The position numbers were made by a program, and so were the translations under genes. 41,131 nucleotides of DNA, from NCBI GenBank assembly GCA_030632175.1, contig DAOVVG010000001.1, forward strand, positions 1 through 41,131. Direction: 5' to 3'. This stretch comes from Gammaproteobacteria bacterium. GTDB taxonomy: Bacteria > Pseudomonadota > Gammaproteobacteria > UBA9214. Positions 22,815 to 31,075 of the stretch are shown one piece after another (the stretch's first letter is position 1; every line of letters starts with the position of its first letter). Under the pieces are notes generated by a model. It saw only the letters and a list, made by a program, of their open reading frames with translations, did not search any database and was not told the DNA's origin.

Positions 22815-23789
22815 ATGAACGACAGAAAACTGCAGGAACTTGCACTTGCTGTTATCGACACCGAGGCCCGTGCAATTATCGGACTGGCCGCAGAAATCAA
22901 CCAGCCCACTTTCATCCAGGCCTGCCGGCTGATGCTGGCATGCGAAGGTCGTGTGGTGGTCACCGGTATGGGTAAATCCGGGCATATTGCCGGCAAGATT
23001 GCCGCCACCCTCGCCAGCACCGGAACCCCGGCCTTCTTCGTGCACCCCGGCGAAGCCAGTCACGGCGACCTCGGCATGATCACGGCTGCCGACGTGGTGC
23101 TGGCGCTCTCCAATTCCGGCGAAACCGGAGAAATTGTCACCATCCTGCCACTTATCAAACGACTGAATGTGCCGTTGATTGCCATGACCGGTAATCCGGA
23201 GTCCACCCTGTCGCGGGCTGCCACGGCAAACATCAATGTCCGCGTGGACAAGGAAGCCTGCCCGCTGGGGCTGGCGCCAACCGCCAGCACCACGGCCGCT
23301 CTGGCCATGGGCGACGCCCTCGCCGTTGCATTGCTGGAATCACGCGGCTTTACTGAAGAGGACTTTGCCCGTTCACACCCCGGCGGTACGCTTGGACGCC
23401 GCCTGCTGCTGCTGATTGATGACCTGATGCACACCGGCGATGCCATTCCGCAGGTCGGCCTCGCAACCACCCTCAGCGACACCCTGCTGGAAATGACCCG
23501 CAAGGGTCTGGGCATGACGGCCGTGGTCGATGAGCAGGGAAAACTGGCCGGCGTTTTTACCGATGGCGACCTGCGCCGCACCATCGATCAAAAGATCGAC
23601 TTGCACGTTGCACTGGTCAGAGACCTCATGACGGCTGACTGCAAGACCATACACCCCGGCATGCTGGCTGCCGAAGCACTGCAAATCATGGACAGCACCA
23701 AGATCAGCGCCCTGCCCGTCGTAAACAGCGAAAACGAGCTGGTCGGCGCGCTGAACATGCACGATCTACTGCGCGCCGGCGTGGTATAA
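22815..23789 (+). CDS. kdsD: Arabinose-5-phosphate isomerase (SIS domain plus CBS pair)
   Basis: GRVVVTGMGKSGHIAGKIAATLASTGTPAFFVHPGEASHGDLG, followed by two CBS motifs. Confidence 0.93.
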   Translation: MNDRKLQELALAVIDTEARAIIGLAAEINQPTFIQACRLMLACEGRVVVTGMGKSGHIAGKIAATLASTGTPAFFVHPGEASHGDLGMITAADVVLALSNSGETGEIVTILPLIKRLNVPLIAMTGNPESTLSRAATANINVRVDKEACPLGLAPTASTTAALAMGDALAVALLESRGFTEEDFARSHPGGTLGRRLLLLIDDLMHTGDAIPQVGLATTLSDTLLEMTRKGLGMTAVVDEQGKLAGVFTDGDLRRTIDQKIDLHVALVRDLMTADCKTIHPGMLAAEALQIMDSTKISALPVVNSENELVGALNMHDLLRAGVV

Positions 23790-23803
23790 CCCGGACCACA
23801 TTT

Positions 23804-24325
23804 ATGAAAGACATACTCGAAAGGGCCTCACAGATACGCCTGTTGATCTTCGATGTAGACGGCGTACTCACCGATGGCAGCCTGTTCGTCGGCGATGATG
23901 GACAGGAATACAAGGCCTTCAATTCACGCGACGGACATGGCATCAAGATGCTGCAGAAACACGGCGTCATTGTCGCCATCATTACCGGACGCACCTCAAA
24001 AGTCGTCGAACACCGTATGAAAAATCTTGGTGTCTCGCATGTGTACCAGGGGAAACTGCATAAACTGCCTGCCTACGAGGAACTGGCAAAAAAACTGGAC
24101 ATCAGCGCTGAAGAAACCGCCTATGTCGGCGACGATGTCGTGGACCTGCCGGTTATGCGAAAAGTCGGCCTGGCGATTGCGGTACAGGACGCCCATCCAC
24201 TGGTGCGGACACACAGCCACTGGCAAACCCCCAGCTGTGGCGGACGCGGTGCAGGACGTGATGTCTGTGAAATGCTGATGGAAGCAAAAGGCGTTCTGAA
24301 AGACGAGCTGGGCAGCTATCTGTGA
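23804..24325 (+). CDS. kdsC: 3-deoxy-D-manno-octulosonate-8-phosphate phosphatase
   Basis: HAD motif IRLLIFDVDGVLTDG...FNSRDGHGIKML...YVGDDVVDLPVM. Confidence 0.9.
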   Translation: MKDILERASQIRLLIFDVDGVLTDGSLFVGDDGQEYKAFNSRDGHGIKMLQKHGVIVAIITGRTSKVVEHRMKNLGVSHVYQGKLHKLPAYEELAKKLDISAEETAYVGDDVVDLPVMRKVGLAIAVQDAHPLVRTHSHWQTPSCGGRGAGRDVCEMLMEAKGVLKDELGSYL

Positions 24326-24897
24326 ACATCAAGCAAGCCAGCCTGTTTGCATTGCTGTTGCTGATTGTCATCGGCAGCGGCTGGTTTCTGGATAAACAGG
24401 GCAGCAGCCGGCTGCCTGCCAGCGCAAGTACCACCGGCCCCGATTCATTTGTCGAAGACATTAATCTTGCCGTCATGGATGATCTGGGCCAGCTGAAATA
24501 CCGGCTCAGGGCCAAACACATGACCCATTTTCCGAATGAAGAGCTACTCAGGCTGAGTAACCCGGATATCGACATTGTCCACAAGGACGGGGCCATCTGG
24601 CACATCATCGCCGAGCGCGGCGAAGCCGCTACCGCCGGCGACCGCATCTGGTTACTGGGGGCCGTTGATATTCGCCGCCCCGGTACGGCTGCGGATGGTG
24701 CAATCCATGTCATGACCAGTGACCTGCTGATTAAACCGGAGGAGGAACTGGCCGAAACAGATAATGCGGCCACGATTACCGGCAATCGCTACGTAATCAA
24801 CGCCCTCGGCCTCAAGGCATATTTCAGAACCGGCACCCTGGAACTGCTTTCCCGGGTCCGGGGAACCATTGATGGCAAGGGCGATGGCACAGGCTGA
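24322..24897 (+). CDS. lptC: LPS export protein LptC
   Basis: Its GTG start overlaps the kdsC stop codon (GTGA). Single N-terminal TM segment (ASLFALLLLIVIGSGWF). Size and position between kdsC and lptA fit LptC. Confidence 0.8.
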   Translation: MNIKQASLFALLLLIVIGSGWFLDKQGSSRLPASASTTGPDSFVEDINLAVMDDLGQLKYRLRAKHMTHFPNEELLRLSNPDIDIVHKDGAIWHIIAERGEAATAGDRIWLLGAVDIRRPGTAADGAIHVMTSDLLIKPEEELAETDNAATITGNRYVINALGLKAYFRTGTLELLSRVRGTIDGKGDGTG

Positions 24898-24898
24898 C

Positions 24899-25429
24899 AT
24901 GCGCATGGCGGGGCAGCTGCTGGGGGCCGCATTGCTGTTGTCCGTTCTGCCGGTCACCAGCTGGGGACTGACAGGCGATCGCAACCAACCGATGAATATC
25001 GAGGCAGACAGGGCCACGCTGAATGAAAAAACCGGCAACAGTATTTATGAAGGAAACGTGCATGTACAACAGGGCACCCTCGTCTTGCAAGGCAGCAAAA
25101 TGACCGTACAGATCAGCGACAACGAAATCGATACAATCATTCTTACCGGCAGTCCGGCAACTTACCGACAGCGACCGGATGGCAAGGACACCGACCAGCA
25201 CGCAGAGGCCGGACGCATTGAATACCATGCCAGTGAAGATCGCATCATCCTGCTGGAGAATGCGCGCGTCTGGCAGTCCGGTGCCGAGGAATTCCGCAGC
25301 GACCGCATTATCTTTAACCTGAAAAGCAATACTGTCAACGCCGGCGGCAACACTCCCGGCGATCGTGTCCGCATCACCCTGCAGCCCGGCAGCAAAAAAG
25401 ACAAGGAACTCCCTGCCCCACCGCCATGA
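24899..25429 (+). CDS. lptA: LPS export periplasmic protein LptA (OstA-like)
   Basis: I start at the ATG at 24899 ([23 protein letters not shown] signal peptide), 2 nt after the lptC stop codon. OstA-N motif [33 protein letters not shown]. Confidence 0.85.
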   Translation: MRMAGQLLGAALLLSVLPVTSWGLTGDRNQPMNIEADRATLNEKTGNSIYEGNVHVQQGTLVLQGSKMTVQISDNEIDTIILTGSPATYRQRPDGKDTDQHAEAGRIEYHASEDRIILLENARVWQSGAEEFRSDRIIFNLKSNTVNAGGNTPGDRVRITLQPGSKKDKELPAPPP

Positions 25430-26151
25430 GTGTGCTTAACGCCAACAAGCTGGGCAAAAGTTACAAGTCGCGTCGCGTTGTCGATGACGTTTCGCTGACC
25501 GTCAGCAGCGGACAGGTGGTCGGGCTACTGGGACCCAACGGTGCCGGCAAGACAACCTGCTTCTACATGATTGTCGGCCTGGTACCCTGCGGTGAGGGCA
25601 GCATCGAAATTGACGGTATTGACCTGACCGGACAGCCCATGCATCTGCGCGCACTACATGGTCTCGGCTATCTGCCGCAGGAAGCCTCTGTTTTCAGAAA
25701 GCTGTCGGTCGCCGACAACATCATGGCAGTCCTTGAAATACGCAAGGATCTGAACAAGAGCAAACGCAAGGAAATACTGGAATCGCTGCTGCATGATTTG
25801 CATATCGGTCACCTTGCCGACCAACCGGGCATCAGTCTGTCCGGCGGCGAACGACGACGGGTTGAGATCGCCCGCGCACTGGCAGCCAATCCACGCTTTA
25901 TTCTGCTGGACGAACCCTTTGCCGGGGTAGACCCGATCTCGGTCGTGGACATTCAGAACATCATTGAACAGCTCTGCGAGCGCGGTATTGGCATCCTGAT
26001 TACCGATCACAATGTGCGCGAGACACTGGGCATCTGCCACCATGCCTACATTCTCAACGAAGGCCGCGTCATTGCCGCAGGAACTCCCGAAGTTGTCCTT
26101 AATAATCAACACGTAAGAGACGTGTATCTGGGCAGCGAGTTCCGTCTTTAA
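25426..26151 (+). CDS. lptB: LPS export ABC transporter ATP-binding protein LptB
   Basis: [24 protein letters not shown] and [11 protein letters not shown]. Its ATG overlaps the lptA stop codon (ATGA). Confidence 0.95.
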   Translation: MSVLNANKLGKSYKSRRVVDDVSLTVSSGQVVGLLGPNGAGKTTCFYMIVGLVPCGEGSIEIDGIDLTGQPMHLRALHGLGYLPQEASVFRKLSVADNIMAVLEIRKDLNKSKRKEILESLLHDLHIGHLADQPGISLSGGERRRVEIARALAANPRFILLDEPFAGVDPISVVDIQNIIEQLCERGIGILITDHNVRETLGICHHAYILNEGRVIAAGTPEVVLNNQHVRDVYLGSEFRL

Positions 26152-26180
26152 GCGATGGCCCGCAAGCAATAACGATTGTA

Positions 26181-26196
26181 TGGCACGGGAAATGCC
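26181..26196 (+). promoter_or_regulatory. Sigma-54-type -24/-12 element (TGGCACG-N4-ATGC), 54 nt upstream of the rpoN ATG
   Basis: tggcacgggaaatgcc: GG at 26182-26183 and GC at 26194-26195, with the canonical 12-nt offset. The -24 half matches TGGCACG 7 of 7. The -12 half matches TTGC 3 of 4. Confidence 0.4.
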
Positions 26197-26249
26197 CTAT
26201 ACTTTTATAAAGGACGTAGTGACAGCAGGATGTACCTAGAAAAACATTT

Positions 26250-27701
26250 ATGAAGCAAACACTTCAACTCAGAATTGGTCAACACCTGACCATGACACCA
26301 CAGTTGCAGCAGGCCATACGCCTGTTGCAGCTCTCAACCCTCGAGCTGCAGGCGGAAGTCCAGGATGCACTGGAGTCAAATCCAATGCTGGAGCAGGACG
26401 AGGGCAATAACGATGCGCCGGAAACGGATCCGGCCGCCAGCAACACGGCACAGGAAACAACCACCCCCGCCAAAGAAAGCGAAGGCGACAATATTCCGGA
26501 AGATCTGCCCATCGACAGCAGCTGGGAGGATGTCTTTGATACCGGTGCTACCACCTACAGCGCCGGGGAAGCAGACAGCGGCCGGGATCTGCTGGAGAAA
26601 GTGGCCGCCAGCAGCGCCAATCTGCGCGACCACCTGGTGTGGCAGATGGAAATGACAAATTTTTCTGAAAGCGACGAACACATTGCCCGTATCATCATCG
26701 ATTCAATCAATGATGATGGCTACCTGTCGGTCAGCACCGAGGACATCCACAGCAACCTGGACGCTCGCCTGGACATCGAGCACAACGAAATCGAGGCGGT
26801 TCTGCACCGTATCCAGCAATTTGATCCGGTAGGCGTTGGTGCACGCAACCTGCAGGAAAGCCTGCAGACACAACTGCAGCACTTCGAACCGGATACCCCG
26901 TGGCTGAAGGAAGCCAGGATACTGGTCAGGGACTACTTCACCCTGCTCAGTAATCGTGACTACGCGCGGCTTGGCAGAAAGCTGAAACTGACGACGGATG
27001 ACCTGCAACATGTCATCCACCTGATTCAGTCAATGAATCCCCGCCCCGGTTCACGCTTCAACACAACGGAACCTGAATACATTGTTCCGGATGTTTTTGT
27101 CACGCAAAAGAACGGTAAATGGCTGGTCGAACTCAATATCGATTCCATGCCCAAGCTGCGCATCAACAACATGTACGCCAAGTTGATAAAACGCGGCAGT
27201 GACAGCAAGGACAATAATTTCCTGCGCAACAACCTGCAGGAGGCACGCTGGTTCCTGAAGAGCCTGCAAAGCCGGCACGAAACCCTGATGAAAGTCGCCA
27301 CCTGTATCGTTAAACGCCAACAGGGGTTTTTCGAGCATGGCGAGGAAGCCATGAAACCCATGGTATTACGCAGCATTGCCGATGCAATTGAAATGCATGA
27401 ATCAACCGTTTCGCGTGTCACCACCAGAAAATACATGCATACACCCAGCGGCATATACGAATTCAAATATTTCTTTTCCAGCCATGTCAGCACCGAAGCC
27501 GGTGGCGAATGCTCGGCTACAGCCATTCGTGCAATCATCAAAAAACTGGTTGCTGCCGAAAATCCCGCGAAACCGCTCAGCGACAACAAGATGGCCGCCG
27601 TACTTGCCGACCAGGGAATCAACGTCGCCAGACGCACTATCGCGAAGTACCGGGAGTCACTCTCGATCTCACCATCCAATGAACGTAAACGCCTAGCCTA
27701 G
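26250..27701 (+). CDS. rpoN: RNA polymerase sigma-54 factor
   Basis: MKQTLQLRIGQHLTMTPQLQQAIRLLQLSTLELQ (region I), an acidic region II, then the HTH and the RpoN box ARRTIAKYRE. Confidence 0.96.
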   Translation: MKQTLQLRIGQHLTMTPQLQQAIRLLQLSTLELQAEVQDALESNPMLEQDEGNNDAPETDPAASNTAQETTTPAKESEGDNIPEDLPIDSSWEDVFDTGATTYSAGEADSGRDLLEKVAASSANLRDHLVWQMEMTNFSESDEHIARIIIDSINDDGYLSVSTEDIHSNLDARLDIEHNEIEAVLHRIQQFDPVGVGARNLQESLQTQLQHFEPDTPWLKEARILVRDYFTLLSNRDYARLGRKLKLTTDDLQHVIHLIQSMNPRPGSRFNTTEPEYIVPDVFVTQKNGKWLVELNIDSMPKLRINNMYAKLIKRGSDSKDNNFLRNNLQEARWFLKSLQSRHETLMKVATCIVKRQQGFFEHGEEAMKPMVLRSIADAIEMHESTVSRVTTRKYMHTPSGIYEFKYFFSSHVSTEAGGECSATAIRAIIKKLVAAENPAKPLSDNKMAAVLADQGINVARRTIAKYRESLSISPSNERKRLA

Positions 27702-27723
27702 GCACCAACACAGGAGCATCACT

Positions 27724-28044
27724 ATGCAAATAAACCTGTCAGGACATCATGTAGACCTAACAACCCCCTTGCGTGAATACGTAAACAGCAAGATGGAACG
27801 GCTGGAACGTCATTTTGATCAAGTCACCGACATCCATGTTGTCCTTGGCGTGGAAAAACTGCGCCACAAGGCTGAAGCCACCATGCACATCAGCGGCGGA
27901 GATATTTTTGCCGATTCAGTAGAAGAAAACATGTACGCCGCCATTGACGGACTGGTCGACAAGCTCGACCGGCAGCTGAAAAAACACAAGGAAAAGATCA
28001 CCAACCACCATCGCAGCGAGGGATCAATAGCAAAGGAGCTATAG
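27724..28044 (+). CDS. hpf: Ribosome hibernation promoting factor (short HPF/YhbH type)
   Basis: MQINLSGHHVDLTTPLREYVNSKMERLERHF..., 106 aa, directly downstream of rpoN. Confidence 0.9.
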   Translation: MQINLSGHHVDLTTPLREYVNSKMERLERHFDQVTDIHVVLGVEKLRHKAEATMHISGGDIFADSVEENMYAAIDGLVDKLDRQLKKHKEKITNHHRSEGSIAKEL

Positions 28045-28089
28045 GCATATCCGGCAATACACCGGCCTTGCAGCTCTCAAGTAATCACC

Positions 28090-28560
28090 ATGAACATTAC
28101 AGATTTATTAATACCGGAACGCGTCACTTGCTGCCACGACGTTGGCAGCAAGAAGCGCCTGCTGGAATATATCAGCGAACTGTTGGCAAACAGCTCGCTG
28201 AAACTGTCACAGAATGACATTTTTAACGCCCTCCTCAGCCGGGAGAAACTCGGCAGCACCGGCCTCGGCAAGGGTGTTGCCATCCCGCATGGCAGAATGA
28301 CCTCACTGGAAAAACCGGTTTGCGCCTTTGTCAAACTGGACACCCCGATAGATTTTGATGCCTCTGACGGACAACCTGTCGACCTGATATTTACTCTGCT
28401 GGTTCCGGAAGATTCAACCGAAGAACACCTGCAGGTGCTGTCAACCATCGCAGAAATATTCAGTAATACCGGTATCAGCATGGCATTACGACAGTGCGAC
28501 TCTGACAGCTGTCTGCTGGAGCAACTGAGCCAGTGGGAGGCGCAGCGAATTTCGGCATGA
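28090..28560 (+). CDS. ptsN: PTS EIIA(Ntr)
   Basis: SREKLGSTGLGKGVAIPHGR (phosphorylatable His motif), 156 aa, in the conserved rpoN-hpf-ptsN order. Confidence 0.9.
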   Translation: MNITDLLIPERVTCCHDVGSKKRLLEYISELLANSSLKLSQNDIFNALLSREKLGSTGLGKGVAIPHGRMTSLEKPVCAFVKLDTPIDFDASDGQPVDLIFTLLVPEDSTEEHLQVLSTIAEIFSNTGISMALRQCDSDSCLLEQLSQWEAQRISA

Positions 28561-29498
28561 GCACAACCCTGGAAATTCAGACATTGCACAAGGCCCTGCA
28601 GGAAAAACTGGGCCTGGTCTGGATCACCGGAGAACAACACAGCGACAGCCCGTTGCACTCAAGCAAGGATGACTCACCTGAAATTTCACTGGTGGGTCAC
28701 CTTAACTTCATTATCCAGCACCGCGTGCAAATCATCGGCAAACGCGAACTGGAATATCTGGACTCACTGAAGAAGAATTCCCGCAAGGATGCCATCAGTC
28801 AGCTGTTCTCAGGGCAATCCACGCTCGTGGTACTGGCAAACAAGCTGCCAGCACCGGACGACCTGCAAGCAATGGCAACAAACTCCCGGACTCCCCTGCT
28901 CTCCAGCAGCCTGCCCAGCCAGGAAACCATTGAGAATCTGCAGCACTACCTGGCCAACTACTTTGCCGAAAAGATCACCCTGCACGGCGTGTTCATGGAA
29001 GTCATGGGTACCGGCGTGCTGATCACCGGCGACCCCAGCATCGGGAAAAGCGAACTGGCGCTGGAACTGATTACCCGCGGCCATCGGCTTATCGCCGACG
29101 ATGCAACCGAGTTCTCGCGCGTAGCACCGGATACCCTGCTCGGCAGCTGCCCGGAGATGCTGCGTGACTTCCTTGAGGTGCGCGGACTTGGCATATTGAA
29201 TATTCGCGCCATGTTCGGTGCCAGCGCCATCAAACAGCATCGCAACCTGCGTCTCATTATCGTCCTGCAACAACTGGAAAAAGCCACCCAGATGAACCGC
29301 CTGCATGGCAGCAGGCGGATGCGCAAAATACAGGAAGTCGATATTCCTGAAATCACCCTGCCAGTGGGCCCGGGCAGAAACCTGGCCGTGCTGCTGGAAG
29401 CCGCGGTGCGCAACCATATTCTGAATACCAAGGGTTATGATGCCAGCCAGGCCTTCATTGATCGCCAGAAACGCCGCCTTGAAAATGTCCGCCAATGA
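28557..29498 (+). CDS. hprK: HPr kinase/phosphorylase, full-length type
   Basis: I start at the ATG at 28557, which overlaps the ptsN stop codon (ATGA). P-loop GDPSIGKSELALELI, followed by the RGHRLIADD and LEVRGLGILNI signature motifs. Confidence 0.88.
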   Translation: MSTTLEIQTLHKALQEKLGLVWITGEQHSDSPLHSSKDDSPEISLVGHLNFIIQHRVQIIGKRELEYLDSLKKNSRKDAISQLFSGQSTLVVLANKLPAPDDLQAMATNSRTPLLSSSLPSQETIENLQHYLANYFAEKITLHGVFMEVMGTGVLITGDPSIGKSELALELITRGHRLIADDATEFSRVAPDTLLGSCPEMLRDFLEVRGLGILNIRAMFGASAIKQHRNLRLIIVLQQLEKATQMNRLHGSRRMRKIQEVDIPEITLPVGPGRNLAVLLEAAVRNHILNTKGYDASQAFIDRQKRRLENVRQ

Positions 29499-30352
29499 AT
29501 ATGTTCATCATCAGCGGCCTGTCAGGCTCTGGCAAAAGTGTCGCATTAAATGCGCTGGAAGACATGGACTTCTACTGCATCGACAACCTCCCCGTCGGCC
29601 TGCTGGAGGCATTCGCCAACGAGATCCGCGAGCAAACCCTGGCGGATGAACGTAACGTCGGTGTTGGCATTGATGCACGCAACCACCCGGACCAGCTGAG
29701 CAACTTCCCGAACATCATTGCCGGCCTCAGAAGCAAGGGCATTAACTGCAAAATCCTGTTCCTGCAGGCCGATGATGCAACGTTACTGAAAAGATTCAGC
29801 GAAACCCGGCGTAAACACCCCCTGTCAGGGGCAGATACGCCGCTGGCGGACGCCATTGACAGGGAACGCAAGCTGCTGGGCCCGATTGCCGCCAATGCGG
29901 ACATGTTTATTGACACCAGCCGTACCAATGTTCACCAGTTGCGCGACCTGGTGATGGAAGCGCTGGGAAAAAATGAAAAAGCCGGGTTCTCCATGCTGCT
30001 ACGTTCATTTGGTTACAAACATGGCATCCCCGGAGATGCCGATTTTGTATTTGACGCCCGCTGCCTGCCCAACCCGCACTGGCAAGCCGACCTGCGCAAT
30101 CTGACCGGCAAGGACAAACCGGTCGCGGAGTATCTCGAACAGCAAGAGGTCGCGCGCGAATACTACCAGCAACTGGAAGATTTCCTGACCGTCTGGGTAC
30201 CCCGCTTCCAGGTTGATAACCGCAGCTATCTGAGTATCGCCATCGGTTGCACTGGCGGGCAACATCGTTCAGTGTATCTGGTTGAACGGCTGACCCGCCA
30301 ACTCGGCAACCGGCTATGCGATATTGTTACACGACATCGGGAACTTGAATGA
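29495..30352 (+). CDS. rapZ: RNase adapter protein RapZ (YhbJ)
   Basis: MNMFIISGLSGSGKSVALNALEDMDFYCIDNLP...CTGGQHRSV. Its ATG overlaps the hprK stop codon. Confidence 0.93.
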   Translation: MNMFIISGLSGSGKSVALNALEDMDFYCIDNLPVGLLEAFANEIREQTLADERNVGVGIDARNHPDQLSNFPNIIAGLRSKGINCKILFLQADDATLLKRFSETRRKHPLSGADTPLADAIDRERKLLGPIAANADMFIDTSRTNVHQLRDLVMEALGKNEKAGFSMLLRSFGYKHGIPGDADFVFDARCLPNPHWQADLRNLTGKDKPVAEYLEQQEVAREYYQQLEDFLTVWVPRFQVDNRSYLSIAIGCTGGQHRSVYLVERLTRQLGNRLCDIVTRHRELE

Positions 30353-30750
30353 AAACCGGCCTGCTACTTGTTACTCACGGCAACATTGGCCGTGACATGC
30401 TGGACACAGTCACTGAAATACTGGGCACCTGCCCGCTGCCTGCCGAGACCATCGCCGTGCACTCTGGCGATGACCCTGACCTGTTATTCGAGGCAGCCAG
30501 CCGCCTCACCACCGAACTCGACCAGGGCGGTGGCGTACTGGTACTGACAGACCTCTATGGCAGCACACCCAGCAACATTGCCACACGACTCACCGACAGA
30601 CACAACCTCCGTGTCATTTCGGGCGCGAACATTCCCATGCTGATACGCATCCTTAACTATCCGGAACTGGCCTTGGACGCACTTTGCGAAAAAGCCATCA
30701 ACGGAGCACGCGATGGCATCATCATGAGCACCCGAAAAGAGACCTCCTGA
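30349..30750 (+). CDS. PTS EIIA component, mannose/fructose family
   Basis: LLLVTHGNIG (active-site His) ...VLVLTDLYGSTPSN...ISGANIPML. Its ATG overlaps the rapZ stop codon. Confidence 0.8.
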   Translation: MKTGLLLVTHGNIGRDMLDTVTEILGTCPLPAETIAVHSGDDPDLLFEAASRLTTELDQGGGVLVLTDLYGSTPSNIATRLTDRHNLRVISGANIPMLIRILNYPELALDALCEKAINGARDGIIMSTRKETS

Positions 30751-30751
30751 C

Positions 30752-31021
30752 GTGCAGGAAAGACCCGTTACCATCATCAACAAACTGGGCCTGCATGCAC
30801 GGGCTGCGGCCAGATTTGTCACCATCGCCTCATCTTTTTCAAGCAGTATCGACATCGCCAAGGATGGCCAGAAGGTCAATGGCAAGAGCATCATGGGCGT
30901 TATGATGCTGGCAGCATCACGTGGCACGGAACTGATCATCATGGCCAGCGGCAGTGACGAAATAGAGGCCGCAGACAGCCTCGCAAGCCTGGTGACCGAG
31001 CGCTTCGGCGAACAGGAGTAG
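30752..31021 (+). CDS. ptsH: Phosphocarrier protein HPr/NPr
   Basis: GTG start 1 nt after the upstream stop codon. NKLGLHARAA places the phospho-His at residue 15. GKSIMGVMML places a Ser at residue 46, the HprK target position. Confidence 0.85.
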   Translation: MQERPVTIINKLGLHARAAARFVTIASSFSSSIDIAKDGQKVNGKSIMGVMMLAASRGTELIIMASGSDEIEAADSLASLVTERFGEQE

Positions 31022-31075
31022 GACCCGCCCGATCAAGCACTTGCCGGGCGAACAGACGGAGGAGATCAACGGCAC

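Noticed and set aside
28834-28848. A second sigma-54-like match, TGGCAA-N5-CTGC, with the correct GG-to-GC spacing.
   Set aside because: It lies inside the hprK coding sequence and both halves are weaker. A chance occurrence is the most likely explanation.
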